DNA of 64,000 bases from Polaromonas sp. (GCA_031396485.1 JANNKV010000067.1:11493-75492); one strand, 5' to 3'; numbered from the stretch's first letter, positions 6,594 to 15,636 are shown. A program made the numbers and translations. Notes: a model not told the origin generated them from the letters alone.

Positions 6594-7820
6594 ATGCGTT
6601 TGCTGAATCAAATCAATAGAAGGCTGGTACCGGCCGGCAAGGTTATCGTCCTTGTAGCTTCACTGCTGCTTGCGTCCTGTGGAGGCTCATCAGGCGCGGA
6701 TTCATCGACGTCGAATACGGTGGCGGCTTCCGGAAACACCGGTCAGCCTGCTCCATCGACTCAGCCTGCTTCAGTTCCCCCTGATGCAAGTCCTCCTGCT
6801 GCTGTACCCGCGAAAGATGGCAACGGAAAGCTCAAAATTTTCATCCTGGCTGGCCAGTCCAACATGGTCGGCTATGGCAAGGTCGATTTAGGGGCTGACC
6901 TTAGCAAAGCCAGTCGTACGCCGCATATTCTGGGTGGGGCGGGCAGCTTGAGGGCCATGGTCAACAACAATCCGGCTGTTTATAGCTACCTGGTGGACGC
7001 CACCAAATCGACCACTTACACCATTGCTGCCAATGCGGCCACCGGAGCCGCTGCCGATACCAAAACCTACCCAAGTTGGGCCACACGCAGCGATGTCTGG
7101 GTCTCAAGCTGGGATGAAGGAGCGATCGGCAAAACGACGGAGCGACGAAAAGGTGCGCTAAGCGTGGGTTTTGGTGACGAAAATGTCTTGCCTGCTGGCT
7201 ATATAGGGCCGGAGTTTGGCTTTGGGCACATCGTGGGCAATGGATTGGTCGACAAGGTGCTGCTGGTCAAAACGTCATGGGGCGGCAAGTCATTGGCAGT
7301 GGACTTCAGGCCACCTGGCTCTGGCGGCACCACCGGGCCTTATTACAACGAGATGCTGGCCAAAGTCCGGCTGGTGCTGTCCGACATTAAAAAATATTAC
7401 CCCGAATATGACGGGAAAGGTTTTGAGGTTGCTGGCCTGGGTTGGCATCAAGGCTGGAATGATCGCGTCAATGCCGCGTATGTGAATGAGTATGAATTTA
7501 ATCTGGCCAACCTGATCAGGGATGTTCGCAAGGACCTGAATTTACCCCTGCTGCCAGTGGCCATCGCCAATACTGGCATGGCCAACGCAGACAGCGACCC
7601 CGTGGCCGTAAAACTGATTGCAGCACAGGGCAATGTCGCTGACCCGAAAAAATACCCTGAATTTGCTGGCAACGTCAGCACCGTTGACACCCGCCCATTT
7701 CACTATCCGCAAACATCGCCTGAAATTGGATTTATATACCACTGGAACTACAACGGCGAAAGCTACTTTCATATAGGTGAAAGTATGGGAGTAGCCATGT
7801 TGAAACTGATCAAGCCATAA
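6594..7820 (+). CDS. lipoprotein, GQSNM-type carbohydrate esterase (sialate O-acetylesterase/DUF303-like)
   Basis: 408 aa. Lipobox LLLASC. FILAGQSNMVGYG is the SGNH-like nucleophile block of the sialate O-acetylesterase family. Low-complexity P/A/S linker. Confidence 0.7.
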   Translation: MRLLNQINRRLVPAGKVIVLVASLLLASCGGSSGADSSTSNTVAASGNTGQPAPSTQPASVPPDASPPAAVPAKDGNGKLKIFILAGQSNMVGYGKVDLGADLSKASRTPHILGGAGSLRAMVNNNPAVYSYLVDATKSTTYTIAANAATGAAADTKTYPSWATRSDVWVSSWDEGAIGKTTERRKGALSVGFGDENVLPAGYIGPEFGFGHIVGNGLVDKVLLVKTSWGGKSLAVDFRPPGSGGTTGPYYNEMLAKVRLVLSDIKKYYPEYDGKGFEVAGLGWHQGWNDRVNAAYVNEYEFNLANLIRDVRKDLNLPLLPVAIANTGMANADSDPVAVKLIAAQGNVADPKKYPEFAGNVSTVDTRPFHYPQTSPEIGFIYHWNYNGESYFHIGESMGVAMLKLIKP

Positions 7821-7842
7821 ATCAACCTGAGATATCAATAAC

Positions 7843-10176
7843 ATGAAACCACTTAATCTGATCGGCAACCTGCGTGCCATTTCATGCACGGCTGTTGTGA
7901 TTGCTTCAGTCTGTCTGGCGTCTTGTGGAGGGGGAGGTGGCAGTGGCGCAGTCAGTGCAAATTCAACCGGCACCCCAGGGACCAATACGCCGTCGCCAGG
8001 CGCTGCTGAGGTCTTAAACCCAACCTTTAACCTCAAAGGCTTTGTATATTGCGGCAAACAAGGTGACGTCAAGGACTTCAAGGTAAAAACGCATGTTGCG
8101 TTTGGTCTGGAGTCTGACAACCGCTTTGTTTACCTGTTCAATCAAACTGGCAAGGTTCTGTTGAGTGCCGAGACGTTTGGAAATGATCCAATTCCTTCAA
8201 AATATAAAGAAGGTTACTGCAAAGAGGTGACACCCGATAACAACGACGCAGTAGTATTTTCTGCTGCGTTGGCAAAAATCAAGGCTCATATTGATGGCGT
8301 GACTGTTCTGTCGGCTGCAGACCTGCAGGAGCAGAATGACCGAATTACCCAAACGATGTACACACTGGCAGACAAAAGCGATACCTTGCTGCTGGCATTT
8401 TCAATCCTCACGTCGTATGAGACAAAAGAGAAAGGCCCGTTTTTTATTAATGTGAAAACGAAGAACGGCTTTCCGAATCACCCTGCAGCACCCGATGGAT
8501 TTGAACTGGACCGTGCTGTTCTGGCAATTCAGCAAAGTATCCACGACGTTGCATTTACACCTGAGAACATCGCGAAATACAAAAGCATTCTTGCGGGCAA
8601 AAAATTCAACAGCTCCGACTGGTTTCCAGGCAAGGTCAAGGCGCCTGCCAATCCGAGCGTGACCTACACAGCCAAAATTAACGCCACTATGGTGAAAGAC
8701 GCCGATTTGCGCACGGCCTTTTCCCAGTCTTTTGCAAGGCGACCGACCGGATACTATCTGGCAGCTGGCGACGTTGCCAGTATCACGGTGCCCGCCGCAT
8801 TGGTCAACAAGGGTTATGTTATTCAGGTCGGCGCCAACGTGCATGACAAATATATCAAGAGCACCATTGCCCGGCCGTTTCGCGTTACCAACAAATTTCC
8901 CATCATCAATGAAGTGACCGAAATTGCCAATCCGTTCGGTGGCGGCATCTATATTGATGTTCCCTATCTTGCAAGCGCTGGCACGGACGTCGCTGTCACG
9001 ATCCAGAATGCGGTGCCCGCACCCTTCTTTTCCGCTACGGCCTTGAACAACACCACACTTCAGCAATGGCAAGATATCCAGCGTAAAAATCCGGCGCCAT
9101 GGGCTGATTTCATGAGTGACAAATACATGATGACGCTGCCAACAAGCTGGATTTATAACTATGTTGATCCAGTGACGCTAATGAAGGACTGGGACGCGCG
9201 GATGGACGTGGTTTCTGACTTCCTCGGTCGCAGCCGGGTCAGAAACAACCAGATTTTATATTTGATTGTCGATACAAGCCTCTACAGCGATGCGTTTGGC
9301 ATTGGCTACCCGAGTGGAAATAACGGCTACAACCCGGCGGATGCGACTGACGGTAATAAGAAAGAATGGTTTTTAACCCCGGGCAAGGACTTTTCGCAGG
9401 TGGAGTTTCATGAGTTGGGTCATGCTCAGCTGTTCAACAATTTTCCGGGCGAAGGCGAAGCTGCTGTCAACCTGTTGGGCGCTGCGGTGAGCAACCGGCT
9501 ATATGGCGTAAACATTGATACAGCCTTGGGCAGGTCGATGAGCAATCAAGATCAGATTACCCGCGATCAGGCAGCCCTTAACTGGATGGTCACGCCCAAT
9601 TTCAGAGCTGGCAGGGCCATGGACATCACCAACTCCGAGAAAAATGAAGTTCGATATCAGCAGCGCGGCTATGCCAAATATGTTGAAGTTGCCGCACTCT
9701 TCGGATGGGACAAACTCGACAAGTTTTACCTTGAAGAAAACCGGGTCTTTCGCAAAGAAGTTGTGCCCGCCGGCGTTGGTTTGAACGCAATCGACAGCCA
9801 GATGTTGCGTATGTCGATCGCTGCGGGCTTCGACCTGACACCATTGATTCACTTTTGGGGGGTCCAGCCCGTCGATGCGCTGGCACTTGGCAGGGCCATG
9901 ACAGCCTCTAACCTGCCCCCGTCTGCGGCAATCTATGACCGTTTGAAAGTCTATCAATCGCAGATTCCGATGGACAACGCTGCATTCAAAACGCATGCTG
10001 CGATCTTCTTGAACAAACCGGTTGCGCAGATCAATGGCACAAACAAGAGCGCTGATTATGGAGAGGGCTGGTACGCTTATTGGCTTGATCGATATGGCGC
10101 CGCAGAAGGCCAGGCGGCACAAGTCGCCTTCAACAATATCCTGACGAGATACTTTCCAAATGGAAGACCTAACTAG
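7843..10176 (+). CDS. lipoprotein, M60-like/enhancin-type zinc metallopeptidase
   Basis: 777 aa. Lipobox CLASCGGGGG. Gluzincin motif VEFHELGHAQLFNNFPGEGE (HEXXH...E). Size and context fit M60-like peptidases. Confidence 0.6.
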   Translation: MKPLNLIGNLRAISCTAVVIASVCLASCGGGGGSGAVSANSTGTPGTNTPSPGAAEVLNPTFNLKGFVYCGKQGDVKDFKVKTHVAFGLESDNRFVYLFNQTGKVLLSAETFGNDPIPSKYKEGYCKEVTPDNNDAVVFSAALAKIKAHIDGVTVLSAADLQEQNDRITQTMYTLADKSDTLLLAFSILTSYETKEKGPFFINVKTKNGFPNHPAAPDGFELDRAVLAIQQSIHDVAFTPENIAKYKSILAGKKFNSSDWFPGKVKAPANPSVTYTAKINATMVKDADLRTAFSQSFARRPTGYYLAAGDVASITVPAALVNKGYVIQVGANVHDKYIKSTIARPFRVTNKFPIINEVTEIANPFGGGIYIDVPYLASAGTDVAVTIQNAVPAPFFSATALNNTTLQQWQDIQRKNPAPWADFMSDKYMMTLPTSWIYNYVDPVTLMKDWDARMDVVSDFLGRSRVRNNQILYLIVDTSLYSDAFGIGYPSGNNGYNPADATDGNKKEWFLTPGKDFSQVEFHELGHAQLFNNFPGEGEAAVNLLGAAVSNRLYGVNIDTALGRSMSNQDQITRDQAALNWMVTPNFRAGRAMDITNSEKNEVRYQQRGYAKYVEVAALFGWDKLDKFYLEENRVFRKEVVPAGVGLNAIDSQMLRMSIAAGFDLTPLIHFWGVQPVDALALGRAMTASNLPPSAAIYDRLKVYQSQIPMDNAAFKTHAAIFLNKPVAQINGTNKSADYGEGWYAYWLDRYGAAEGQAAQVAFNNILTRYFPNGRPN

Positions 10177-10203
10177 GTCGCCAGTCAGGGGCCGCCACCC
10201 TAA

Positions 10204-10347
10204 GTGCTCGAAAAAGCATTAAAAGATTCAGCCGACCGCGCCCGCCGCATGGCTGAAGCATTCAGGTTGAAAGTGCCGGGGATTACGCCTAAACCTGATA
10301 AAGCCCGTGGCGGCGCTGCAGTGACACGTCGCACGCAGAACGCGTAA
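10204..10347 (+). CDS. second, N-terminally shorter copy of the small basic ORF (GTG start)
   Basis: VLEKALKDSADRARRMAEAFRLKVPGITPKPDKARGGAAVTRRTQNA. Clear DNA and protein similarity to 4098-4248. May be a relic rather than a gene. Confidence 0.25.
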   Translation: MLEKALKDSADRARRMAEAFRLKVPGITPKPDKARGGAAVTRRTQNA

Positions 10348-10364
10348 CGCGTGAGAGCCGACTC

Positions 10365-10451
10365 GCTACGCTTTTCATAGCTGGTCGCGGACGTATTACC
10401 TGGGCTAGCGGTTTATTCGACCCAAGAATTAGCCGTAGAAACGCCGTTTTT
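10365..10451 (+). repeat. intergenic repeat family, copy 4 (long form)
   Basis: GCTACGCTTTTCATAGCTGGTCGCGGACGTATTACCTGGGCTAGCGG core plus extension. Confidence 0.85.
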
Positions 10452-10495
10452 CTGAGCCCGCAATGCCAGCGCCGGCACTGCGAAGAGTTTGCGAG

Positions 10496-10849
10496 TCAAC
10501 CAGCCACCGGCGCCATAGCCTCCCAAGCCTTCAGCGCCTCAGCCGCGTACATTAGCGCCGGCCCGCCGCCCATGTACACGCACACGGCGAGCATTTCTTC
10601 CACCTCGGCGCGGGTGCATCCCAGTTTGTGCAGCGCCTTCACATGAAAGGCGATGCAGCCCGAGCAGTGCTGGGTGACGCCGATCGCCAGGGCCATCAGT
10701 TCCTTGTGTTTGCCGCTGAGGGCGCCTTCGGCCATGGCGGCGCGCGAGAGTTGCGCGAAGCCCTGCATTGCCTCGGGCTGGGCGGTGCGAAACTGTTTGA
10801 CGCCTTCGTTGATGTCCTGCATCAGGCCCGTGTGGTCAAAGGTGCTCAT
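10496..10849 (-). CDS. carboxymuconolactone decarboxylase (AhpD-like) family protein
   Basis: GKHKELMALAIGVTQHCSGCIAFHVKAL carries the CxxC of the AhpD/CMD fold. Start trimmed to MSTFDH (ATG at 10849). Confidence 0.8.
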   Translation of the reverse strand: MSTFDHTGLMQDINEGVKQFRTAQPEAMQGFAQLSRAAMAEGALSGKHKELMALAIGVTQHCSGCIAFHVKALHKLGCTRAEVEEMLAVCVYMGGGPALMYAAEALKAWEAMAPVAG

Positions 10850-11277
10850 GGGCTTCTTTCGGTGTGGGCTGCATTGCGGAGTCAGTCGGGGTTTCAGTAT
10901 GGGCTGCAATAGCTGAAGCCCCTTTGACGCAGATCAGATCACGGCCTGATCACCACCACGCCACCGCGAAGCCAAAGCAAGGTAAATGCGGCCCAATGGC
11001 CTACACCTTGCAACAACGTAACGCGCAGCGGCGCAGGTAAGCAAAGCAAGGGACTGCGGCTTTGTGTAAGCGCTCTTTTCCCAGACGCTGGAACCACGCG
11101 CCAGCAAAGCGTCAAGCACCGCTCGGGTGCGCCAACCCAGTTTGAATCCGGAGAAAAACTGAAACCTTACCGTTTTGGTGCGAGCCGACCACGCGACATC
11201 GGTTGCACTTCAACACGTCGGGTCAGACCATGGTCTCTTGACTGCCCTTGACCACGGGCAGAAAGTGGCCTCGAAAC

Positions 11278-11320
11278 TGATTGGCTACTGATTGGCTACT
11301 GATTAGCTATTGATTGATGG
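11278..11320 (+). repeat. tandem 11-bp repeat (about 3.5 units) at the xoxF start
   Basis: TGATTGGCTAC TGATTGGCTAC TGATTAGCTAT TGATTGATGG read directly. Confidence 0.85.
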
Positions 11321-13200
11321 AGACTTCCATGGAATCGACCCCGCAATTTTTTCTCAGGCATTCACTATCCGCCCTCAAGCAGGGTGCGCACCACGCGCGC
11401 AACCTGGGCAGCCCACCCGCACGCCCGCGCTTTCGAACGCTTCATCCCATCTTGCTACTGGCAGCGGCCCTGCTGTCCCCCGGCTTTGCATGGGCGCAGG
11501 CGGCTGGGGCCGAATGGACGACACCCGCCGGCACCGTTCAGGGCACGCGTTTCAGTTCGCTGACCCAGATCAGCAGCAGCAATGTGGGCCAGCTCAAGGA
11601 AGAATTCAGCTTCAAGACCGACGTGCAGGCGGGGCACGAAGGCACGCCGCTGGTGGTGGGCAACACCATGTACGTGGTCGGCCCCTTCCCGAACAAGCTC
11701 TTTGCGCTTGACCTCAGCCGCCCCGGCCAGACGCGCTGGGTGTTCAATCCACAGGCGCGTGAGTTTGCCAAAGGGCAAGCCTGTTGCGACCTGGTCAATC
11801 GCGGCGCGGTCTTTGCCAATGGCAAGGTGATCTACAACGCGCTCGACAACACCACCGTCGCCGTCGATGCGGTGACGGGGCGGCAGGTGTGGCGCACCCG
11901 GCTGGGCGACCCCCGCACCGGCCAGACCATGACCATGGCCCCGCTCGTCGTGGGCGACAAGGTGATCGTGGGCAACAGCGGCGCTGAACTGGGCGTGCGC
12001 GGCTGGATGGCGGCCCTCAATGTCGACACCGGGCGCGAGGTCTGGCGGGCATGGGGCACGGGCTCTGACGCCGACGTGAAAATTGGCGCCAGCTTCAAGC
12101 CCTTCTACGCCAAAGATCGCGGCGCCAACCTGGGGCTGACCACCTGGCCCGGCACGCTGTGGAAGCAAGGCGGCGCCACCGTGTGGGGCTGGCTGACGTA
12201 TGACCCGCAACTCAACCTGCTGTTTCACGGCACCGCCAACCCGGGCACCTGGAACCCCGACATTCGGCCCGGCGACAACAAATGGTCGTCAACGATTCTG
12301 GCGCGCAACCCCGACACCGGCGAGGCGGCCTGGGCCTACCAGGTCACGCCGCATGACGCGTGGGATTTCGACTCCACCAGCGAGAACATCGTGGTAGATC
12401 TGCCTTTCCCCGCCAATGCCACGACGACGCGTCAGCTGCTGGTGCACTTCGATAAAAACGGCTACGCCTACACGCTGGACCGGAGCACCGGTGAGGTGCT
12501 GGTGGCCAACCCTTTTGTTCCGCTGAACTGGGCGACGGGCGTCAACCTGGCAACCGGGCTGCCCACCGTCGTCGACGCCAAAGTGCCGCGCGAAGGCGTG
12601 GTGACCAAAGACATCTGCCCCTCACCGGCCGGTGGCAAAAACTGGGAGCCCGCCGCTTTCTCACCGGCCACACGCCTGTTCTATGTCCCCGCCATCAATC
12701 TGTGTGTAGACAACGAACCGCTGAAAGTCAACTTCATCGAAGGCACGCCCTTCGTGGGCGCGAGCACCTTGCTGAAGGCCGGTCCCGGCGACGGCCACCG
12801 CGGCGAGTTGATCGCGTGGGACGCCGTGAGCGGCACGCGGGCCTGGAGCATTCCGGAGCGCTTTCCGGTTTACGGCGGCGTGTTGGCCACAGCAGGCAAC
12901 CTGGTGTTCTACGGCACGCTGGACAGATGGTTCAGGGCGGTCGAAGCGACCACGGGCCGGGTACTGTTTGAAAAACAGTTGCCGTCCGGCATCATCGGCA
13001 ACCCCATGACCTTCACAGGCCCTGACGGCAAGCAGCGCATCGCAATTTACTCGGGTGTGGGCGGTGCCATGGGTGGCGTTGTGCCGGCCCGCCTGGCGCT
13101 GGACGACCCGTATGCGGGACTGGGGTTTGTCGGCGCCATGGCCGACCTGCCCCAGTTCACCCCGGCTGGCGGCGCGGTGCATGTGTTCAAACTGCCCTAG
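11314..13200 (+). CDS. xoxF: PQQ-dependent methanol/ethanol-family dehydrogenase, XoxF-like
   Basis: 628 aa. Signal peptide, vicinal Cys pair (GQACCDLVNRG), W-rich propeller repeats. PHDAWDFDS has an Asp two residues after the catalytic Asp. Followed by xoxJ- and xoxG-like genes. The start is uncertain (TTG 11314, ATG 11317 or 11329). Confidence 0.85.
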   Translation: MMETSMESTPQFFLRHSLSALKQGAHHARNLGSPPARPRFRTLHPILLLAAALLSPGFAWAQAAGAEWTTPAGTVQGTRFSSLTQISSSNVGQLKEEFSFKTDVQAGHEGTPLVVGNTMYVVGPFPNKLFALDLSRPGQTRWVFNPQAREFAKGQACCDLVNRGAVFANGKVIYNALDNTTVAVDAVTGRQVWRTRLGDPRTGQTMTMAPLVVGDKVIVGNSGAELGVRGWMAALNVDTGREVWRAWGTGSDADVKIGASFKPFYAKDRGANLGLTTWPGTLWKQGGATVWGWLTYDPQLNLLFHGTANPGTWNPDIRPGDNKWSSTILARNPDTGEAAWAYQVTPHDAWDFDSTSENIVVDLPFPANATTTRQLLVHFDKNGYAYTLDRSTGEVLVANPFVPLNWATGVNLATGLPTVVDAKVPREGVVTKDICPSPAGGKNWEPAAFSPATRLFYVPAINLCVDNEPLKVNFIEGTPFVGASTLLKAGPGDGHRGELIAWDAVSGTRAWSIPERFPVYGGVLATAGNLVFYGTLDRWFRAVEATTGRVLFEKQLPSGIIGNPMTFTGPDGKQRIAIYSGVGGAMGGVVPARLALDDPYAGLGFVGAMADLPQFTPAGGAVHVFKLP

Positions 13201-13228
13201 TCCCCAGCGGGCATCAGGTGACCAGCCC

Positions 13229-14149
13229 ATGAACAAGCAGCACGCCGCCCTCATGCGCAAGCTCATCGGCACGCTGGTGGTGGCGTGGGCAAGCGCGGCG
13301 GCCGCAGACACGGCGCGCGAGCTGCGCGTCTGCGCTGCCCCAAACAACCTGCCTTTTTCGAACCAGCGGCTGGAAGGCTTCGAGAACAAGATCGCCGAAA
13401 TCATCGCGGCGGACATGAACGCCTCGGTGCGCTACACCTGGCACCCGCAGCAGCGCGGGTTTATTCGCAACACACTCAAGGCCAAGGCTTGCGACCTGGT
13501 CATGGGCGTTCCCACCGGCTATGACCTGGTGCTGCCCACCAAGCCCTACTACAGCGCGAGCTACGTGTTTGTGTACCCCAAAAACCGCAAGCTCGACCTG
13601 CATTCGTTCGACGACCCGGCGCTGCGTGAGCTGCAAATCGGCCTGCACGCCTTTGGCGCGGACGGCGCCAACTCGCCACCCGCTCACGCGCTGGCGCGCC
13701 GCGGCATCGTGAGCAATGTCGTCGGCTTCACGATACTGGACACAGACGACAGCCCGCCCGGAAGAATCATCGCCGCCGTCGCAGCCGGGGAGATTGACGT
13801 GGCCATCGTCTGGGGGCCGTTTGCCGGCTACTTTGCCCAGCAGCAACCGGTGGAGCTGGCGGTGGTGCCCGTGCAGGCGGCGGTGTCCGGCGCCGACCGG
13901 ATCGCCCTGCCTTTCACCTTCGACATCGCGATGGGCGTGCGGCGTGACGACGCCGCGTTCAAGGCGCAGATCGAAGGCATTCTGGAGCGCAAGCACAGCG
14001 ACATCCAGAAGGTGCTGGATGCCTATGGGGTTCCCCGCGTGGGCGCGCTGCCACCGATCGCTTTATCGCTTTACCCGGCTTACCCGGCATACCGGGTCAA
14101 TGACAAGGAGAAACGAAATGCAAGTCAAACCAGCCGCTGCCGCTACTAG
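13229..14149 (+). CDS. xoxJ: quinoprotein dehydrogenase-associated periplasmic binding protein (MxaJ/XoxJ-like)
   Basis: LRVCAAPNNLPFSNQRLEGFENKIAEIIA...CDLVMGVP matches the MoxJ family pattern. Start trimmed to MNKQHAAL (ATG 13229), just after the xoxF stop. Confidence 0.75.
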   Translation: MNKQHAALMRKLIGTLVVAWASAAAADTARELRVCAAPNNLPFSNQRLEGFENKIAEIIAADMNASVRYTWHPQQRGFIRNTLKAKACDLVMGVPTGYDLVLPTKPYYSASYVFVYPKNRKLDLHSFDDPALRELQIGLHAFGADGANSPPAHALARRGIVSNVVGFTILDTDDSPPGRIIAAVAAGEIDVAIVWGPFAGYFAQQQPVELAVVPVQAAVSGADRIALPFTFDIAMGVRRDDAAFKAQIEGILERKHSDIQKVLDAYGVPRVGALPPIALSLYPAYPAYRVNDKEKRNASQTSRCRY

Positions 14150-14489
14150 CGTTATCGGGTTAGCCACCTGCCTTGTTTTGTTGCTGACCGCCACCGCGGC
14201 AGCCGCGCTGGGCCCAGCCGAAGAAGGTCGCCGCGTTTTCTTGCGAGAGAACTGCTACGGCTGCCACGGTGGACGCAGCGGCGGTGGCATGGGGCCCAAC
14301 TTCAGGAGCGACAGACCGGACGAAGACATTGTGAAAGAGGCAGTCCGCGAGGGGAAAAGAGGAGGCATGCCCGCCTTTCCAAACCTGACCAGCCGTGACA
14401 TAGATAACCTCGCCGCCTACTTCCGCACCTTGCGCACCCGCGCAGAACCCACCTTCACCCACTGGTGGGAGGCGGTGCCCACGCAATAG
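14118..14489 (+). CDS. xoxG: c-type cytochrome (XoxG/cytochrome cL-like)
   Basis: 123 aa. AAGGAG at 14105-14110, signal peptide, heme motif CYGCHG. Positioned after xoxJ. Confidence 0.75.
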   Translation: MQVKPAAAATSVIGLATCLVLLLTATAAAALGPAEEGRRVFLRENCYGCHGGRSGGGMGPNFRSDRPDEDIVKEAVREGKRGGMPAFPNLTSRDIDNLAAYFRTLRTRAEPTFTHWWEAVPTQ

Positions 14490-14515
14490 TGGATGCGCAA
14501 TCTGTCTGACCGGAC

Positions 14516-14593
14516 GCTACCCACCCGTTCGGGATGAGCCTCTCGTAGCCTGGTTGCGCGATAACTACCCTTAGCCAAGCTCAGGGCGAACGG
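14516..14593 (+). repeat. 78-bp hairpin repeat, copy A
   Basis: CCGTTCGGGATGAGC...GCTCAGGGCGAACGG inverted termini. Highly similar to 19022-19099. Confidence 0.85.
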
Positions 14594-14633
14594 TTAAGCC
14601 AACCACACCATCCTTGTCATGGCGAGCCTTTTT

Positions 14634-14700
14634 GCTATTATTTTTATAGCTGCTCGCGCATGTTTCACCTCGGCTAGCGGCCGATATGACCAAAATTCAG
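14634..14700 (+). repeat. intergenic repeat family, copy 5
   Basis: GCTATTATTTTTATAGCTGCTCGCGCATGTTTCACCTCGGCTAGCGGCC. Confidence 0.85.
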
Positions 14701-14933
14701 GATACCAAAATCCTGTAGGGGCACCGTCAGATCCAGACTGGAAATGATTGCGCATTTTTCTGCGCGATGTCTTTCCATGCGCCGTACGCATCTCTACGGA
14801 AAGCGCCTTCCAAGCGCAGAACCGTCATCAGGCAGGGCCCACACGAAACGTAGATGCAGGTGAGCTACGGCCGCAGCCCGATAAGATCGCGATTCATGTC
14901 CGTCCCCTTTTGACGGAGAGACAGAAAGCCGCC

Positions 14934-15539
14934 ATGAACATCCTCACGCTTGACGCCTTGCGCACCCTGTATGCGCCCGCCCGCGAGCGGTCAGTGAAGA
15001 AAGAGCTGACGCATCTTGACGCGCACTGCCAGCGCTTCATCGCGCTGTCACCCTTCGCTGTCATTGCCAGTTCCGATGTTGAAGGCGCCATGGATGCTTC
15101 GCCGCGCGGCGGTGCGCCGGGCTTTGTGAAGGCGCAGGGCGACGGCACCCTGCTGATTCCCGACTCGCCCGGCAACAACCGGCTCGACACACTGGAAAAC
15201 ATCGTGCAGACCGGCCGCATCGGCCTGCTTTTTTTGCTGCCCGGCTTGGACGAAAGCCTACGCGTCAATGGCAAAGCGGGCTTGTCAACGCTTGATGCCG
15301 ACCTGGATCTGTGCACCGATGCCAAGCGCCGGCCCAAACTGGTGATTCGCGTCACGGTGGAAGCCGCTTACCTGCACTGCGCCAAGGCGCTGATGCGCTC
15401 GGATCTGTGGAACCCGACGCGACACATCAATCGATCCGTCATGCCATCGATGGGCGAAATGCTGAAAGATCAGATCGGCGGCGATATGCCTGCGGAGACG
15501 CAGGCGGAAATGCTGGCGCGTTATGCGCAGGACTTGTGA
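14934..15539 (+). CDS. pyridoxamine 5'-phosphate oxidase (PPOX)-family FMN-binding protein
   Basis: SPFAVIASSDVEGAMDASPRGG...LIPDSPGNNRLDTLENI...GLLFLLPG matches the MSMEG_1061-type PPOX flavoprotein pattern. Start trimmed to MNILTL. Confidence 0.7.
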   Translation: MNILTLDALRTLYAPARERSVKKELTHLDAHCQRFIALSPFAVIASSDVEGAMDASPRGGAPGFVKAQGDGTLLIPDSPGNNRLDTLENIVQTGRIGLLFLLPGLDESLRVNGKAGLSTLDADLDLCTDAKRRPKLVIRVTVEAAYLHCAKALMRSDLWNPTRHINRSVMPSMGEMLKDQIGGDMPAETQAEMLARYAQDL

Positions 15540-15557
15540 GTCTTCAGATCGGTTGTC

Positions 15558-15610
15558 CCTACGTTTTTCATAGCTGGTCGCGCAGGTATTGCCTGGGCTA
15601 GTGGCGTGAA
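15558..15610 (+). repeat. intergenic repeat family, copy 6
   Basis: CCTACGTTTTTCATAGCTGGTCGCGCAGGTATTGCCTGGGCTAGTGGC. Confidence 0.85.
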
Positions 15611-15636
15611 CGACTGCTAAAAGCGGCTCCCGACTG

